In this document: positions 10,670 through 22,694 of the stretch, one piece after another
Position numbering within the stretch: the first letter of the stretch is position 1
Layout: each line of letters starts with the position of its first letter
Assembly (NCBI RefSeq): GCF_006345805.1
Contig: NC_043002.1
Span: 87,854,001-87,918,000 of the forward strand
DNA: 64,000 bases
Direction: 5' to 3'
Origin: Octopus sinensis
Lineage: Eukaryota
Translations under genes and position numbers: made by a program
The notes under the pieces: model-generated
Told to the model about the DNA's origin: nothing
The model's database searches: none
What the model saw: the letters and a program-made list of their open reading frames with translations, nothing else

Positions 10670-11460
10670 AATGGAAAGAAACTCGGGGAGAGCGTAACAG
10701 CAGGTGATCCTCAGAGGAGAAACACCCTTTAGGCAAGTGTTTCGGTCCCTAACTACTGACACTCTAGGGGATGTCGGTCCACATCTGAGTCATGACTCCC
10801 GGATGTCCACCTGCTGTTCGTTTTAGTACGCCTTAGGTGGGACTGCTTTCTCTGGTATCTACCACTGCTGTAACGTGTGTTGCGGCCCTGAGAAGGGCTA
10901 AGTACTCGTTTCCAGCTAGGTACATTGGTGAGCACTCGGACGTCCCAGGTGTGAGGTTTATTTTTTCTCACGGTCCCAGCGGATTCGAACCCGGATCGCC
11001 GGTTCCAAAGGCGCAGGCCTAGACGATTACGCCAATCTGGCACTCGCTTGAATTGGAGCCAATTAAGCCTTATGAAGTTCGCCTTTGTTCCTCCTAGACC
11101 AGATCCAACTTGAGGCCTTCTCCGCCGCTTCTCCCATGGCCCTCAAGGTTCTAGTCCTGCTTCTTCCAGAGATTGACAGCTGTTTCATCTGATGAGCCTA
11201 CAAATTCCCTGATGCCAACCTCGACTGCGGAGACTTTGGTTTTGAATCCAGCGTTCCTCGGGTCTCTGGCCAAGTCGACGTAATTTTCTGTCTTGTAGAC
11301 ATGGGCATCTTCATTCCTGGTTTCGTAAGGCACAGTGAGTTCGATCAGGAGAATCTCTTGGCATTCCGGGAGTGGAGCACTATGTAGGGTCTCGAGCCAG
11401 TCTTTTGATGACCTCTGGGTAGTTGTTTCACTCTGGAAGATCTGCAGCGCACTCCCAATC
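10670..11460 (-). mobile_element. 3' end of RLE-type non-LTR retrotransposon (HERO/NeSL-like)
   Basis: ORF 11151-11462: ILLIELTVPYE...K..NY..L...G.....VEVG.R, a restriction-like endonuclease signature; followed by a 3' UTR and (ATA)n tail. Confidence 0.75.
10972..11043 (-). pseudogene. tRNA-Gln-like degenerate sequence or SINE head
   Basis: TGGCGTAATCG A-box, ctTTGga anticodon-like loop, gcgatccgGGTTCGAATCCgctgggacc. Confidence 0.6.
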
Positions 11461-11466
11461 ATATAT

Positions 11467-12337
11467 ATACATTATGCGATGGGTAAATTGTCATTAATCT
11501 ATATTTCCAATTTTGTTCATAAGCATTGTTTTATATTTATATTTTCTCAACTACGCAGTACTATACCGTCAGTTACACACCCTCTGTAAGAAAAACTGCA
11601 CCATTTCGCAATTCACTCTGACAGAAATTTAAAAACAAGCTGTACTGCTTGATATTCGCGCCGGAAGCTTCAATACGAACAAATGGTGAACACACAGAAC
11701 AACAGTTGGCTTGCCGTGTCTCCAAAACGTGCCGAGAGTAGTGAAAATCAAGCATCAATTCAACATCATGGTGTTTGGAGTGATCATTAGTGTTGGCGAC
11801 GTTATGCCTCCTTTCCTCTTCCCACACGGCCTCAGACTCAACACGGAGACCTACTTCAAATGCCTGGAGGAGGTACTGCTGACTGGGTCAAGAAGGTTGG
11901 CTGCTGGAAGACTTTCTCTGGCAACAGGACTCTACACCATGCCATACAAGTAGGAGAACCCAGCCATGGCTGTCAGACAATTTCTGCATCCACATCACTC
12001 CTAACATCTGGCCACGTAACTCACCAGACTGCAACTCCCTTGATTATTATGTATGGGGCACAGTTGAGCGAGAGACCAACAAAACTCCTTGTAACACCAA
12101 AGATGGATTGAAGGCAAGGATTATAGCAGCATTCACCAACTTAAACAAGGAACCGTCCAGAAGAGTTGCAGGAGATTCCGAAATCGTCTGGAGGCTGTGC
12201 GTGAAGTGAATGGCGATGTTATTCAATAAATTTACTCTTTAATATTTCAAGATATCTTTATGTAATTTTGGTAAATATGTCAGTATTATTTTCACTTTTG
12301 CGTAATTTAGACGACAATATATTTACTGTAGCCTGTA
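11467..12337 (+). mobile_element. Decayed Tc1/mariner (DD37D/maT-like) transposon
   Basis: Frameshifted motifs IMVFGVI, WQQDSTPCHT, WPRNSPDCNSLDYYVWG, RLEAV...NG. Confidence 0.85.
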
Positions 12338-12364
12338 CATATATATATATATTATATATATATA

Positions 12365-12398
<34 letters not shown>

Positions 12399-12403
<5 letters not shown>

Positions 12404-12620
12404 TTCGGTAGACATGATAAAACTCCGAGTTTCGGATGTCGGGGTGGAAACCCACGCCGGCATCTCTTCAATTATCGAGCTATCAAAAAAATGCTATGAA
12501 AATCCGAAACTCGGAGTTTTATCATGGCTAACCGAATAATTATCACATATTATATTTACAGATAAATTCCTCTATTTACATATCGAAGGCTCTTTCATTC
12601 TTTTGTTGTCTTACCATTTA
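12399..12620 (-). mobile_element. HHR-like element of the 8864 family with inverted arm
   Basis: Minus strand GATAA-TTGAAGA-GATG..CATCC-GAAA-CTCGGAG-TT-TTATC; 12399-12438 is inverted at 12502-12542. Confidence 0.7.
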
Positions 12621-13217
12621 TATATATATATATATATATATATTATCGTTTGACAGCTAGAAGTCGATAAAATAAGTCAAGAGCTCAATTTGATCGACTT
12701 AACTTTTGGTGTTGATTCAATATGGTCAGTCTAATGACTGGAACTAATTGATGAATAAAAGAATAATCTCCCATAGTAAAATACTGTAACGTTATTATTC
12801 TTCGTCGCAATTGCTCTCACCACGTGAGTTGGTAACTCCTTCCGAGAATAGGAACGGGACTACATTTCATTGCAAAACGAACAGGGAACCATCTAGTTAG
12901 ATATTATGGGTGGTCTGAAGCCATTTGATGCACTAAATAACTCCACGGAATCGATATTCTAAGCATCTACTCATCCATCCACCCGTCGAACAAGTATTTA
13001 CTTGGTCGGTTAATCTACTAGAAATTGTAGCCAAACGTCTATAAAAAATTTCCCTGTCGTCTTAAGAATGACTTAATAATACTATATAAGTACCATAGCA
13101 ACGCATAGATTACATTTAAAAAATTCCAACACTCCACACTTCAATGTACATTGTATAAACATAAAGTAAAAGATTAAACTTACTACAAAAAAGACAAAAA
13201 AAATTACCAAAAATACC

Positions 13218-13490
13218 TTGTGTATTTTGCATACAGCTTGCACCACTGAACAATTCCTCTGTCAATTGTCGATTGGAAATTACACCACTTTCAGCACCTT
13301 TTGATAGTATTGCTCTTTGCAGCATCACAGAGCGATTGATGCTGCCTCTTGGCCTGCAGCCTGGCATGTTTTCTCCTTCACCGTCCATACTGCCACCAAC
13401 CAAACCAAATATAACTGTTTGGTGTGGTAGCATTCATGTAATTATTTCAGGAACCATTTTTGCAATCATAACAACTTTTCGAATCCCAAA
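13218..13490 (-). other. Candidate exon or pseudo-exon (unidentified)
   Basis: Non-repetitive, GC-elevated block; minus-strand T-rich acceptor ...catacag and donor AAG/GTATTT; best frame contains one TGA. Confidence 0.3.
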
Positions 13491-13802
13491 CTGTATGCGA
13501 TGTAAAATAAAATAAAAAATAAATATGACTACGAAAACTAAATCTGGAAGACAAGAAAGCTTTGTTATCGGTTTTAGAAAATAGTTCAGTTTCTAATCAG
13601 TTAATGACATTCTTCCGTGCGAAAGTAACACCTAAATTAATGTGCACTTCACATACATGGTGAAGGCAGCTGCTAAACAAGGAAACATCCTAGATCGCAT
13701 CTAGAACAACGCTAATTGGTATTGACTTGACAATACACATAACAACTTTCTCTTCTACCACGGATCAACTGAACTGGTAAGATAGTTAATAGCATTACAC
13801 CA

Positions 13803-14216
13803 GGATCTTTTCGGTTTGAACGGCAGTTTTTTCTAGCGGTGTCATATGAAATTGTCACCCATAATTATGACCCTAGTATCGATCTATTGCATTTCAATCT
13901 GTTTTAGGGTTAGGGTTAGGGGTGGGGGAAGGGTATCTTATTTTTTTCACAAATGTAAATAAACCCAATCTGTTTCTTAAACGAGGGACATATTCATACG
14001 CACAGAATGTTTTTTACCTCAATACACGTCTTTGATTGGTTGAAATTGCAGAAATTGAAGAAAAAAACAACAAATATCTTACAAACTATAGAATTTTCTC
14101 AATAAAGCCAAGAGAAAAAGATATTTTATAAACACATTCTACCAGTATACGAAGTTTAAAATTTTTTAGTTACCTAGAAATTATGTTAAAAACTGCCGTT
14201 CAAACCGAAAAGATCC
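13803..14216. mobile_element. MITE (Mutator-like) with 28-bp TIRs
   Basis: TIR GGATCTTTTCGGTTTGAACGGCAGTTTT; ~8-bp flanking repeat (t/c)tacacca; internal ttaggg repeats. Confidence 0.85.
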
Positions 14217-14307
14217 CTACACCAGACTAAGTCTCAAAGTCTCTTTCTTTAATTATATAAAATATATATAGAACTATATGGCATGAGCATAAACCTATGT
14301 ATATAAA

Positions 14308-14855
14308 CAGGATTATTCAAAAAGAATTAGCAGATTTTAAATGTATATAATAAACGGTAAGAGACACAAACACAATCGACATATTTCTTGATAGAAGGTT
14401 TAAAGTTTATTTTAAGGTATTATGCACTCAACATGAGCACCATGTGTTGCTCGTCTAACATCGAAATATCGAAATCTTTTTCTGTAAAATTTTTATGCCA
14501 TTCGTAAATTTGCTTGTGAGGAGGTGGATTTTTATTGAATTGGCGACGAATTTCACGTTGCACTTGCACAATCAATTCGCATTTCTCAAACTGCAGCACA
14601 CAAAAAGACTTTTCTTGTGGCGTCCCCATTTTCTAAAGGATTTACACAAATGAAAATTATACAACTTTAAATATACTGAACAAAATGAAACATGAAAACA
14701 AAATTTAAATATTATTTTATTGAAGGCTTAATTCAATTGATTATGTTCAGGTATAATCTTTAAACCTTCTATCAAGAAATATGCAGAATGTGTTTGTGTT
14801 TCAAAGTGTTTGTTTTAAAAATAAATTTGAAATCTGCTCTTACTTTTTGAATAAT

Positions 14856-14858
<3 letters not shown>
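14308..14858 (-). mobile_element. Internally deleted Tc1/mariner element
   Basis: ~100-bp imperfect TIRs (aggattattcaaaa / ttttgaataatcct); N-terminal HTH remnant MGTPQEKSFCVLQF...VQREIRRQF..PP..QIYEW. Confidence 0.8.
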
Positions 14859-14915
<57 letters not shown>

Positions 14916-14949
14916 TACATTTATATTATACATATACATATATATATAC

Positions 14950-14980
<31 letters not shown>

Positions 14981-14990
14981 CATACATATA

Positions 14991-15029
<39 letters not shown>

Positions 15030-15182
15030 TCATATACATTATATATATATACATATACATATATATATATACATATATACATATACATATACATATATAT
15101 ACATATACATATATATATATATACATATACATATATATATATATACATATATACATATACATATACATATATATACATATAC

Positions 15183-15240
<58 letters not shown>

Positions 15241-15247
15241 TATATAT

Positions 15248-15294
<47 letters not shown>

Positions 15295-15332
15295 ATATAT
15301 ATATATATAATATATATATATATCATATATAT

Positions 15333-15765
15333 AATTTATCAATATAGGGTAGCAAAAAAAATTCAAGAAAAATTTTCTGCAACCAGCGGTCAAGTGAGAA
15401 AATAGAAATAGTCACAGACTATATAATATATTCAACAAATATGGCACGGTTACGTTGGATTTCGAAAAATTAGGATATATACACTCGGGGCTTCAATGGT
15501 ATCGCCTCGTGTGTATATGTTCGCCTTTTCTTTTGGAGACTTTGCTGATGAAACAAGCCAATCGTAAACGGATTTAATTTAATTTAATTAAGTTCGATTG
15601 CATAAAAATTGTTGAAACCTTGCAGGGTACAAAGTTGAAAAGGACAAATGTTTTTATTTCTCCTTTAGCTTTCAGAATTACTACTATTTTTGCGGTTTTG
15701 AGTTTGGCTGCTCTTTTCAAGTGAGTTGAACGACCTGTAAGGGTCTTTCCTTAATATTTTGTATA
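15333..15765 (+). mobile_element. HHR element family 2, copy 1
   Basis: ~430 bp; alignable to the 490-bp unit; near-identical to 16110-16542. Confidence 0.85.
15538..15636 (+). ncRNA. Type I hammerhead ribozyme
   Basis: GACTTTG-CTGATGA-AACAA...TTGTT-GAAA-CCT-tgca-GGG-TA-CAAAGTT; predicted cut after 15629. Confidence 0.88.
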
Positions 15766-15782
15766 CATATATATATATATAC

Positions 15783-15868
<86 letters not shown>

Positions 15869-15957
15869 CATATTATATATATACATATACATATATATAT
15901 ATAATATATATACATATACATATACATATATATACATATACATATATATATATATAC

Positions 15958-15992
<35 letters not shown>

Positions 15993-15993
15993 C

Positions 15994-16100
<107 letters not shown>

Positions 16101-16109
16101 CATATATAT

Positions 16110-16542
16110 AATTTATCAATATAGGGTAGCAAAAAAAATTCAAGAAAAATTTTCTGCAACCAGCGGTCAAGTGAGAAAATAGAAATAGTCACAGACTATA
16201 TAATATATTCAACAAATATGGCACGGTTACGTTGGATTTCGAAAAATTAGGATATATACACTCGGGGCTTCAATGGTATCGCCTCGTGTGTATATGTTCG
16301 CCTTTTCTTTTGGAGACTTTGCTGATGAAACAAGCCAATCGTAAACGGATTTAATTTAATTTAATTAAGTTCGATTGCGTAAAAATTGTTGAAACCTTGC
16401 AGGGTACAAAGTTGAAAAGGACAAATGTTTTTATTTCTCCTTTAGCTTTCAGAATTACTACTATTTTTGCGGTTTTGAGTTTGGCTGCTCTTTTCAAGTG
16501 AGTTGAATGACCTGTAAGGGTCTTTCCTTAATATTTTGTATA
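16110..16542 (+). mobile_element. HHR element family 2, copy 2
   Basis: Duplicate of 15333-15765. Confidence 0.85.
16315..16413 (+). ncRNA. Type I hammerhead ribozyme
   Basis: Same fold as 15538-15636; predicted cut after 16406. Confidence 0.88.
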
Positions 16543-16559
16543 CATATATATATATATAC

Positions 16560-16628
<69 letters not shown>

Positions 16629-16649
16629 ATATATACATATAATATATAC

Positions 16650-16732
<83 letters not shown>

Positions 16733-16760
16733 ATATATATATATACATATATATATATAC

Positions 16761-16804
<44 letters not shown>

Positions 16805-16835
16805 ATATACAGTGTGTGTGTATAAATACTCACAC

Positions 16836-17115
16836 GGGTATATGGCGTAGTGGTTAAGAACGCAGGCTACTCACTCCAAGATTCCGAGTTCGATTCCGGG
16901 CAGTGACCTGGATAATAATAATAATAATAGCAACATCGAAAATACCGTAGGAATGAGAACCCAGGTTCGAAATTTCCCCAAGACACCTGATGAAGGCTGG
17001 AGGGTATATCAGCCGAAACGTTGTGTTAACAACAAACAAGATGAGGGTAAATATCAATCAGATATAAATAATATAAATAATGTACATAATTCCTCATCTC
17101 TTAAATGTAGAACTG
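16836..17115 (+). mobile_element. tRNA-headed SINE-like element carrying an HHR
   Basis: A-box TGGCGTAGTGG (16843), B-box GAGTTCGATTC (16886), (ATA)n linker, HHR downstream. Confidence 0.8.
16982..17027 (+). ncRNA. Minimal PLE-type hammerhead ribozyme
   Basis: GACAC-CTGATGA-A-GGCTG-loop-CAGCC-GAAA-CG-TT-GTGTT; palindromic ACGT in place of stem III. Confidence 0.82.
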
Positions 17116-17334
17116 AACTCACACATATCTACTAGTTTATACAAGCTGTTAAAAATGATGGCAACTTACGTATGAGAAATAAGCTGAAAATCGGTACTGC
17201 ATACATTTCATATATTTCGTGTGCATTTGTTATAACACATATTCTCGCTCGGTTCTGATCAAAGTTAATTTTCAACAGTCGTATATTTTTATCAATAATC
17301 AATGTTGCATGTATTTCATACATATATAATATTA

Positions 17335-17762
17335 ATACTAGTTTTAAATTTTGGCACGCGACAGGCAGGTTCGGGGGAGATGGTAAGTCGATTCCATCGA
17401 AACTAGTACTCAATTAGTACTTATTTTATCGACCCCAAAAGGATTAAAGGCTAAGCTGACCGCGGCGAAATTTAAACTCAGAACGTAGAGACGGATGAAA
17501 TGCCACTAAGCACTTTTGCCTGGCATGCTAACGATTCTGCCAGCACGTTGCCCTATAGATAATATAAATAATGGTTTCAAGTTACCCCACAAGGGCTACA
17601 ATTTTGGTGGAGGGGATGAGTCGATTACATCGACCCCTGTGATCAACTCGTACTTATTTAATCGACCACGAAAGGATGAAAGGCAAAGTCGACCTCGGCG
17701 GAATTTGAACTCAGAACGTAGAGGCAGACGAAATACCTATTTCTTTACTACCCACAAGGGAC
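17335..17762 (-). mobile_element. Two SINE family A copies
   Basis: gaaaggatgaaaggcaaagtcgacctcggcggaatttgaactcagaacg is antisense to the family A body. Confidence 0.85.
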
Positions 17763-18318
17763 TATGAATTAACCCCGAAATTGGACCAATACGGTAATAA
17801 CGGATTTTTTAGAAATTTCTATCGGTTTGTTTCGAGACGCATAAATTATAATGGTTATTGTCAATTTCTGTCTTTTTTTCGGCATATTTGGCATCAGAAT
17901 TTTTCTTTTGCCCTTATCTTGTAAATTATTTATAAATTTAACCTTTAAAGGTATTTTTTGATATGCTGGCCATTGATAACATTTTTTCCCGAAAAATATT
18001 TCATCCTAAATTAGTTATAAATTGAATAGTGTTCACTTCCGTATTCTCTCACTATGTGAAAGTTTCTAGTTCGAATCACGCGTGTCTCGAGATGTGCCGC
18101 AGATTTTCTGTTTTGGATATATTTGGGGTACTTAGGTCTGCTTGGGACTTAGTGCTTGCTTTTTTCCATGGGTATGAGTAAGTATTTCACTTATATCCCA
18201 CGTATTTATCGCTGAAGAGGGGAAAATTCTTATGAATTAACCCCGAAATTGGACCAATACGGTAATAACGGATTTTTTAGAAATTTCTATCGGTTTGTTT
18301 CGAGACGCATAAATTATA
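17763..18318 (+). mobile_element. HHR element family 3: 468-bp monomer with 88-bp terminal direct repeat
   Basis: 17763-17850 is repeated at 18231-18318; followed by (TA)n. Confidence 0.88.
18206..18265 (+). ncRNA. Type I hammerhead ribozyme
   Basis: TTATCG-CTGAAGA-GGGG-loop-CCCC-GAAA-TTG-gac-CAA-TA-CGGTAA; predicted cut after 18259. Confidence 0.85.
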
Positions 18319-18320
18319 TG

Positions 18321-18394
<74 letters not shown>

Positions 18395-18399
18395 ATTTT

Positions 18400-19221
18400 T
18401 GCTTCGGTAGGCTGCGTTAGTTTACGGCTGCCATGACGCCTAGAATACAGACGTAGATTTTCGTTTTCACTGAATGCATCAGGCAGAGATTTTGCATCAA
18501 GTTTTGCCAAAAGGAGACAAAGACACACGTACACAAATATAAGTTTATATACACACGCTTCAAAGCTTCTAGAAGATTCAGCAGACCTTTAGAGATGATG
18601 CCATGGGCAAAGCACAGATAAAGGAGTGGTGCAACCACTTCAAACATAGTTGAACCTCGGTGGAGAGCGAGATACGCTCGGAAAGGCCATCCACAAGCCG
18701 AAGCGAGGAACCGACCACATGATAAAAAAAAGCGAATAACCATGGAAGCTCGTCGTGTAACAATCCAGGAAATTGTTCACGAAGAGGTAATGAATACAGG
18801 ATCAGTGTATGCCATTTTAACAGAGGATTTGTGCATACAGAAAGTGTAGACAAAATTCGTCCCCTAGGAGTTGGCAGAGCAGCAGAAGCCACTCCCCATG
18901 GAAATCACTCAGGACATGCTGGACTATGCAAACTGCAACCCAGACTTCATAAAAATAATAATCACTAGTGATGAGACATGAGTTTATGGTCTCTCCCCGA
19001 TGCGTTCGGTCGTTTTGCGCTTAAACGAAATTCCGACGAGCGCACATTACATTCTGTACACTAGGTGTAACAACCGGAAATGACACGGCCTAGCTGCACG
19101 AAAATTTTTTAACATGAGCAGGAAGGGTGGCGTCACTTCCCACGCAAAGGATTTTGCCAACACAGCATTAGTTGTGGCGGGAAAAAAATAAAGTCGGATA
19201 CTTTTTGAACATACTTCATAT
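18400..19221 (+). mobile_element. Decayed mariner transposon
   Basis: Remnant motifs CIKFC, IKEW..HFK, RPSTS, IITSDET.VYG; TIR-like end ggatactttttgaacatacttcata. Confidence 0.8.
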
Positions 19222-20449
19222 ACTTGCTACTTATACATTCCCTGTCCCCCTCAAAAAATGTCTTCCCGAATATTAAATTTTTAATATTTTAAGACTGAAA
19301 ATCAAACAAATTCTATTACCATCTGGCCAGGGAAATCTTAATGCCATTGTTAGATATGAACCTATATAATTCGAAAATAGTATTTATAAAGAATATTTTA
19401 CGTCGTACTCGTCAAAATTCTTCTTTCGATAACTTTTGTTTTATTTAATATAAGTTAACCAAGAAAGCTTTATAAATTATGATAATTGCTAAAGCTTTTT
19501 TTTTCGGTTAATGATTGCCTTAACGAAATTAAGCATATATTTTTGTTGTTGAATTCATATATGCTTCATGAAAGAAAAGAAAGTGATATACGAACGATAT
19601 AGATAAGTAAAAAAAAAAGGCGAAATAAAATAAAATAAAATAATTAGTAAATAAACATAATATAAGAAGTTTTGTGTTGGTAAGTAGATCGTGTTGATTC
19701 TTAGAATTTAAGGGACGTAACTAGATTCAGAAAGAAAGTTATTTCATACCGATTGATTAAATATTTAGGAAATATTACTTAAATTACACAAAGGTGATCA
19801 TATAGGCAATGAATACTAAAATTTGATGTGTTGCAGCAAGAAATTAAATACTCCGATAATCTATTATATTAAAGTGTTAACGATAGATTCGGGCTGAGTA
19901 AAATTCCGCCACGCTGTGGAAAAGGGATCAGAGAAGTCTGCGTGCAATATAGAGAGGGGTGGAGGAAAGAGAGAGAGAGGGAGCCTGTTATATTAAAACA
20001 TTAGCGATGACTCCTGTGGTGTAAAAAATCTGTCATGCTGTGGAAAGGGGATGGTAAAAGTGCAAAATGTGTTCGTGTGCACTAGAGAAAGAGAGAAGGG
20101 GAGTAATCAAACTAATGCTACTGGCACATGCACTCGATACACACACACGTATATACACACCACACACACCCACATACGAAGACTATTCGTACATATACAA
20201 ATACACACACACGCACGCACACAAACCACGATTAGTTGTGTATGTATGAATGTGTGAAAGAATGGGGAGTATGTGTATATATAAGCAAGTCGTTAGCGTT
20301 CATGAATGTGAGTGTGTGTTTGCCAGAATAGTTCATTTAATTTTCTCCCACTTTGTTACCATCGACCAAACGATTTATCTAATACATGCGATTTAGAGCA
20401 CCTACCTATTTATTCTATTATCTATATATTGATAACTGCATTTTGTGTG

Positions 20450-20850
20450 GTAGGAGTGGATGTGTGGTAAGTAACTTGCCTACCAACCACATGGTTCTGG
20501 GTTCAGTCCCACTGCGTGGCATCTTGGGCCGACCAAAGCCTTGTGAGTAGATTTGGTAGACGGAAACTGAAAGAAGCCTGTCGTATATATGTATATATAT
20601 ATATATGTATGTATGTATGTATGTGTGTGTGTATATGTTTGTGTGTCTGTGTTTGTCCCTCTAGCATTGCTTGACAACCGATGCTGGTGTTTACGTCCCC
20701 GTCACTAAGCGGTTCGGCAAAAGAGACCGATAGAATAAGTACTGGGCTTACAAAGAATAAGTCCCGGGGTCGATTTGCTCGACTAAAGGCGGTGCTCCAG
20801 CATGGCCGCAGTAAAATGACTGAAACAACTAAGAAAAAGAGTAAAGAGTA
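20450..20850 (+). mobile_element. tRNA-SINE family B
   Basis: Full head, internal TA/TG tract, tail gactgaaacaa.taagaaaaagagta. Confidence 0.9.
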
Positions 20851-21789
20851 TTTGTGAACGTTGTCCTAAAATGTATGTAAGAATTTTTCCAATTAGCTAT
20901 ATTTCAATAACCGTATTTCTAAATTTCTTTGCAAAATATGTATAACATTATCCAGGACGTGAGTGTTAACAATTAAATGATATTAAGTGCTTCTTAAATT
21001 ATTTTACTTCCAAAACGAAGTATGATGCGCAGCAGTGGACAAAGATCATAGAGTACAACTGCGAGATTTTAATTTAGAGAAGCGGAAAAGATACAAGAAA
21101 AGATTGGGGAAAGAGCAAAGCGAAGAAATGAAAATTAAGAGTGAAAATGAAGAACCAGGAACAATGAGAATCATTAACTCAGTAGGAAATGAATAAAGTT
21201 TATGCAAGAAATAAAGCTGGACGATATCGTATGTCGAATGTCAAAGCTGAAACTAATAGGGAAATGATAAAATTCAAGAAAGAAGGCAAAATATGAACGA
21301 TGATGATAGGTAGGTATATTTTACTCAAGCCAGAATGAAACAAATGACAGGATATTATTACCGTGTGGGGAGATGATTATGGCTGATACTGCAGTACTAG
21401 GTGGATCGTAGAATTTTCATGAGTACTGCTTGTTAATATTGAATTATTACTGTGAAAATAACGGTGAGTTCTAAAGTGTGTTATTAGATTGAAATGTATG
21501 GGAAACTATAAAGAAATTATTTGAATTTATATCAAAATAGGATATACTAAATTTTAAGGTACATGTTTGGTAAAATATGCCATAGGGTTCAAATCAAAGA
21601 AATTATACAACATGCAGAGCGAGTATAGTTGATAACATGCATGCTTTCATTGATTGTTTTATGTGCCTATGTAGTGGCGAGCTGAACATGAAGCGAACAT
21701 TCTGACAGTAAAACAAATGAGCCGATGAAATTAGGAAGAAAGTAATTCGGTAAAATAAGCTAAACATTCCAATACCTTCGTTAGTTTTC

Positions 21790-22680
21790 TCCATACCTCC
21801 ATCACTATAAACAAGATCTACCTCCGTCCATTCCAAGCTTACGGGCTCCCACTTCCATCTTCACTTAACTTACCCCACCCCAAACACACTAAACCTGCTA
21901 TTGCTTTTTCTCTCAATTCCTTTGGCACTACCAGCTCTACAGCAATAGTTTGGATTTCGAACCCCAGTGCATCAGCTCTTCCTGAATCGAGAGTACCTTC
22001 AATCAGGTGTGGACCCTGTACTCTGCCAAGCCCAGGCCATCGGCTGCGCCACGGCTCTCTTACACTCCTCATATATATCTATAGACTAGATTCCACTACC
22101 TCTCTCATTTTCTACCTGCACATCCTCCCAATGGAACAGCCGTTTATCTTCAACATCTGAACTCTGATTTCTAGCCCACAACCGCTCCGATCTCTCTCCC
22201 AACACCTCTCCTTGAATTCGTGATGCACATCGTTCAACCTATTATATTGTATCATAAACAAACTTTCCGATGCTCTTTATATTGGAGAACAGGTCACCTG
22301 TATATTCGAATTTGAAACCAGGTCACCGACGAGATTAAATGAGCGTTTTTCCTTCCATTCCCCTTAGTTCTTATCTTTCAACACTACTCTCACCTGAATT
22401 TGTCCCTCCCTTGCCATTATCTGCTTCTTCTCATTTCATTTCTCTTTTCTTCTAGCTCTCTCAAAAGGTTTCTCTCTCTTTTTCGATTTCCTGTCGATGT
22501 ATAAAGCTACGTTGACTTCTGTTCCTTATCAGTTGCAGCCAGTTTCTCAAATATAGACGATGTAAAACTCAACTGTCTTTCTTTATTTCCCTCCTGTCAG
22601 CATCTTCTTGAAGAAGAACTCTGTCCGAGACGATGGATTTTCAAATCCCCAGTGTAGTTTTAGTGTATCCATTCTTTCAA
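21790..22680 (+). mobile_element. Heavily decayed Penelope-like element 3' part
   Basis: tgcacatcgttcaacctattatattgtatc...ctttatattggagaa gives CTSFNLLYCI...LYIGE (GIY-YIG remnant); decayed HHR-like ttgaagaagaactctgtccgagacg near 22608. Confidence 0.6.
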
Positions 22681-22694
22681 GATTTCTTTGTTTA

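Noticed and set aside
10695-10760. Possible type II HHR in the RLE-LINE tail (minus GAAACAC...GTGTT...CTGAGGA)
   Set aside because: Only 6 nt separate the NUH site from the core, too few for stem I, and stem II does not close.
16836-16910. Functional tRNA gene
   Set aside because: A and B boxes are present, but acceptor and anticodon stems do not pair; treated as a SINE head.
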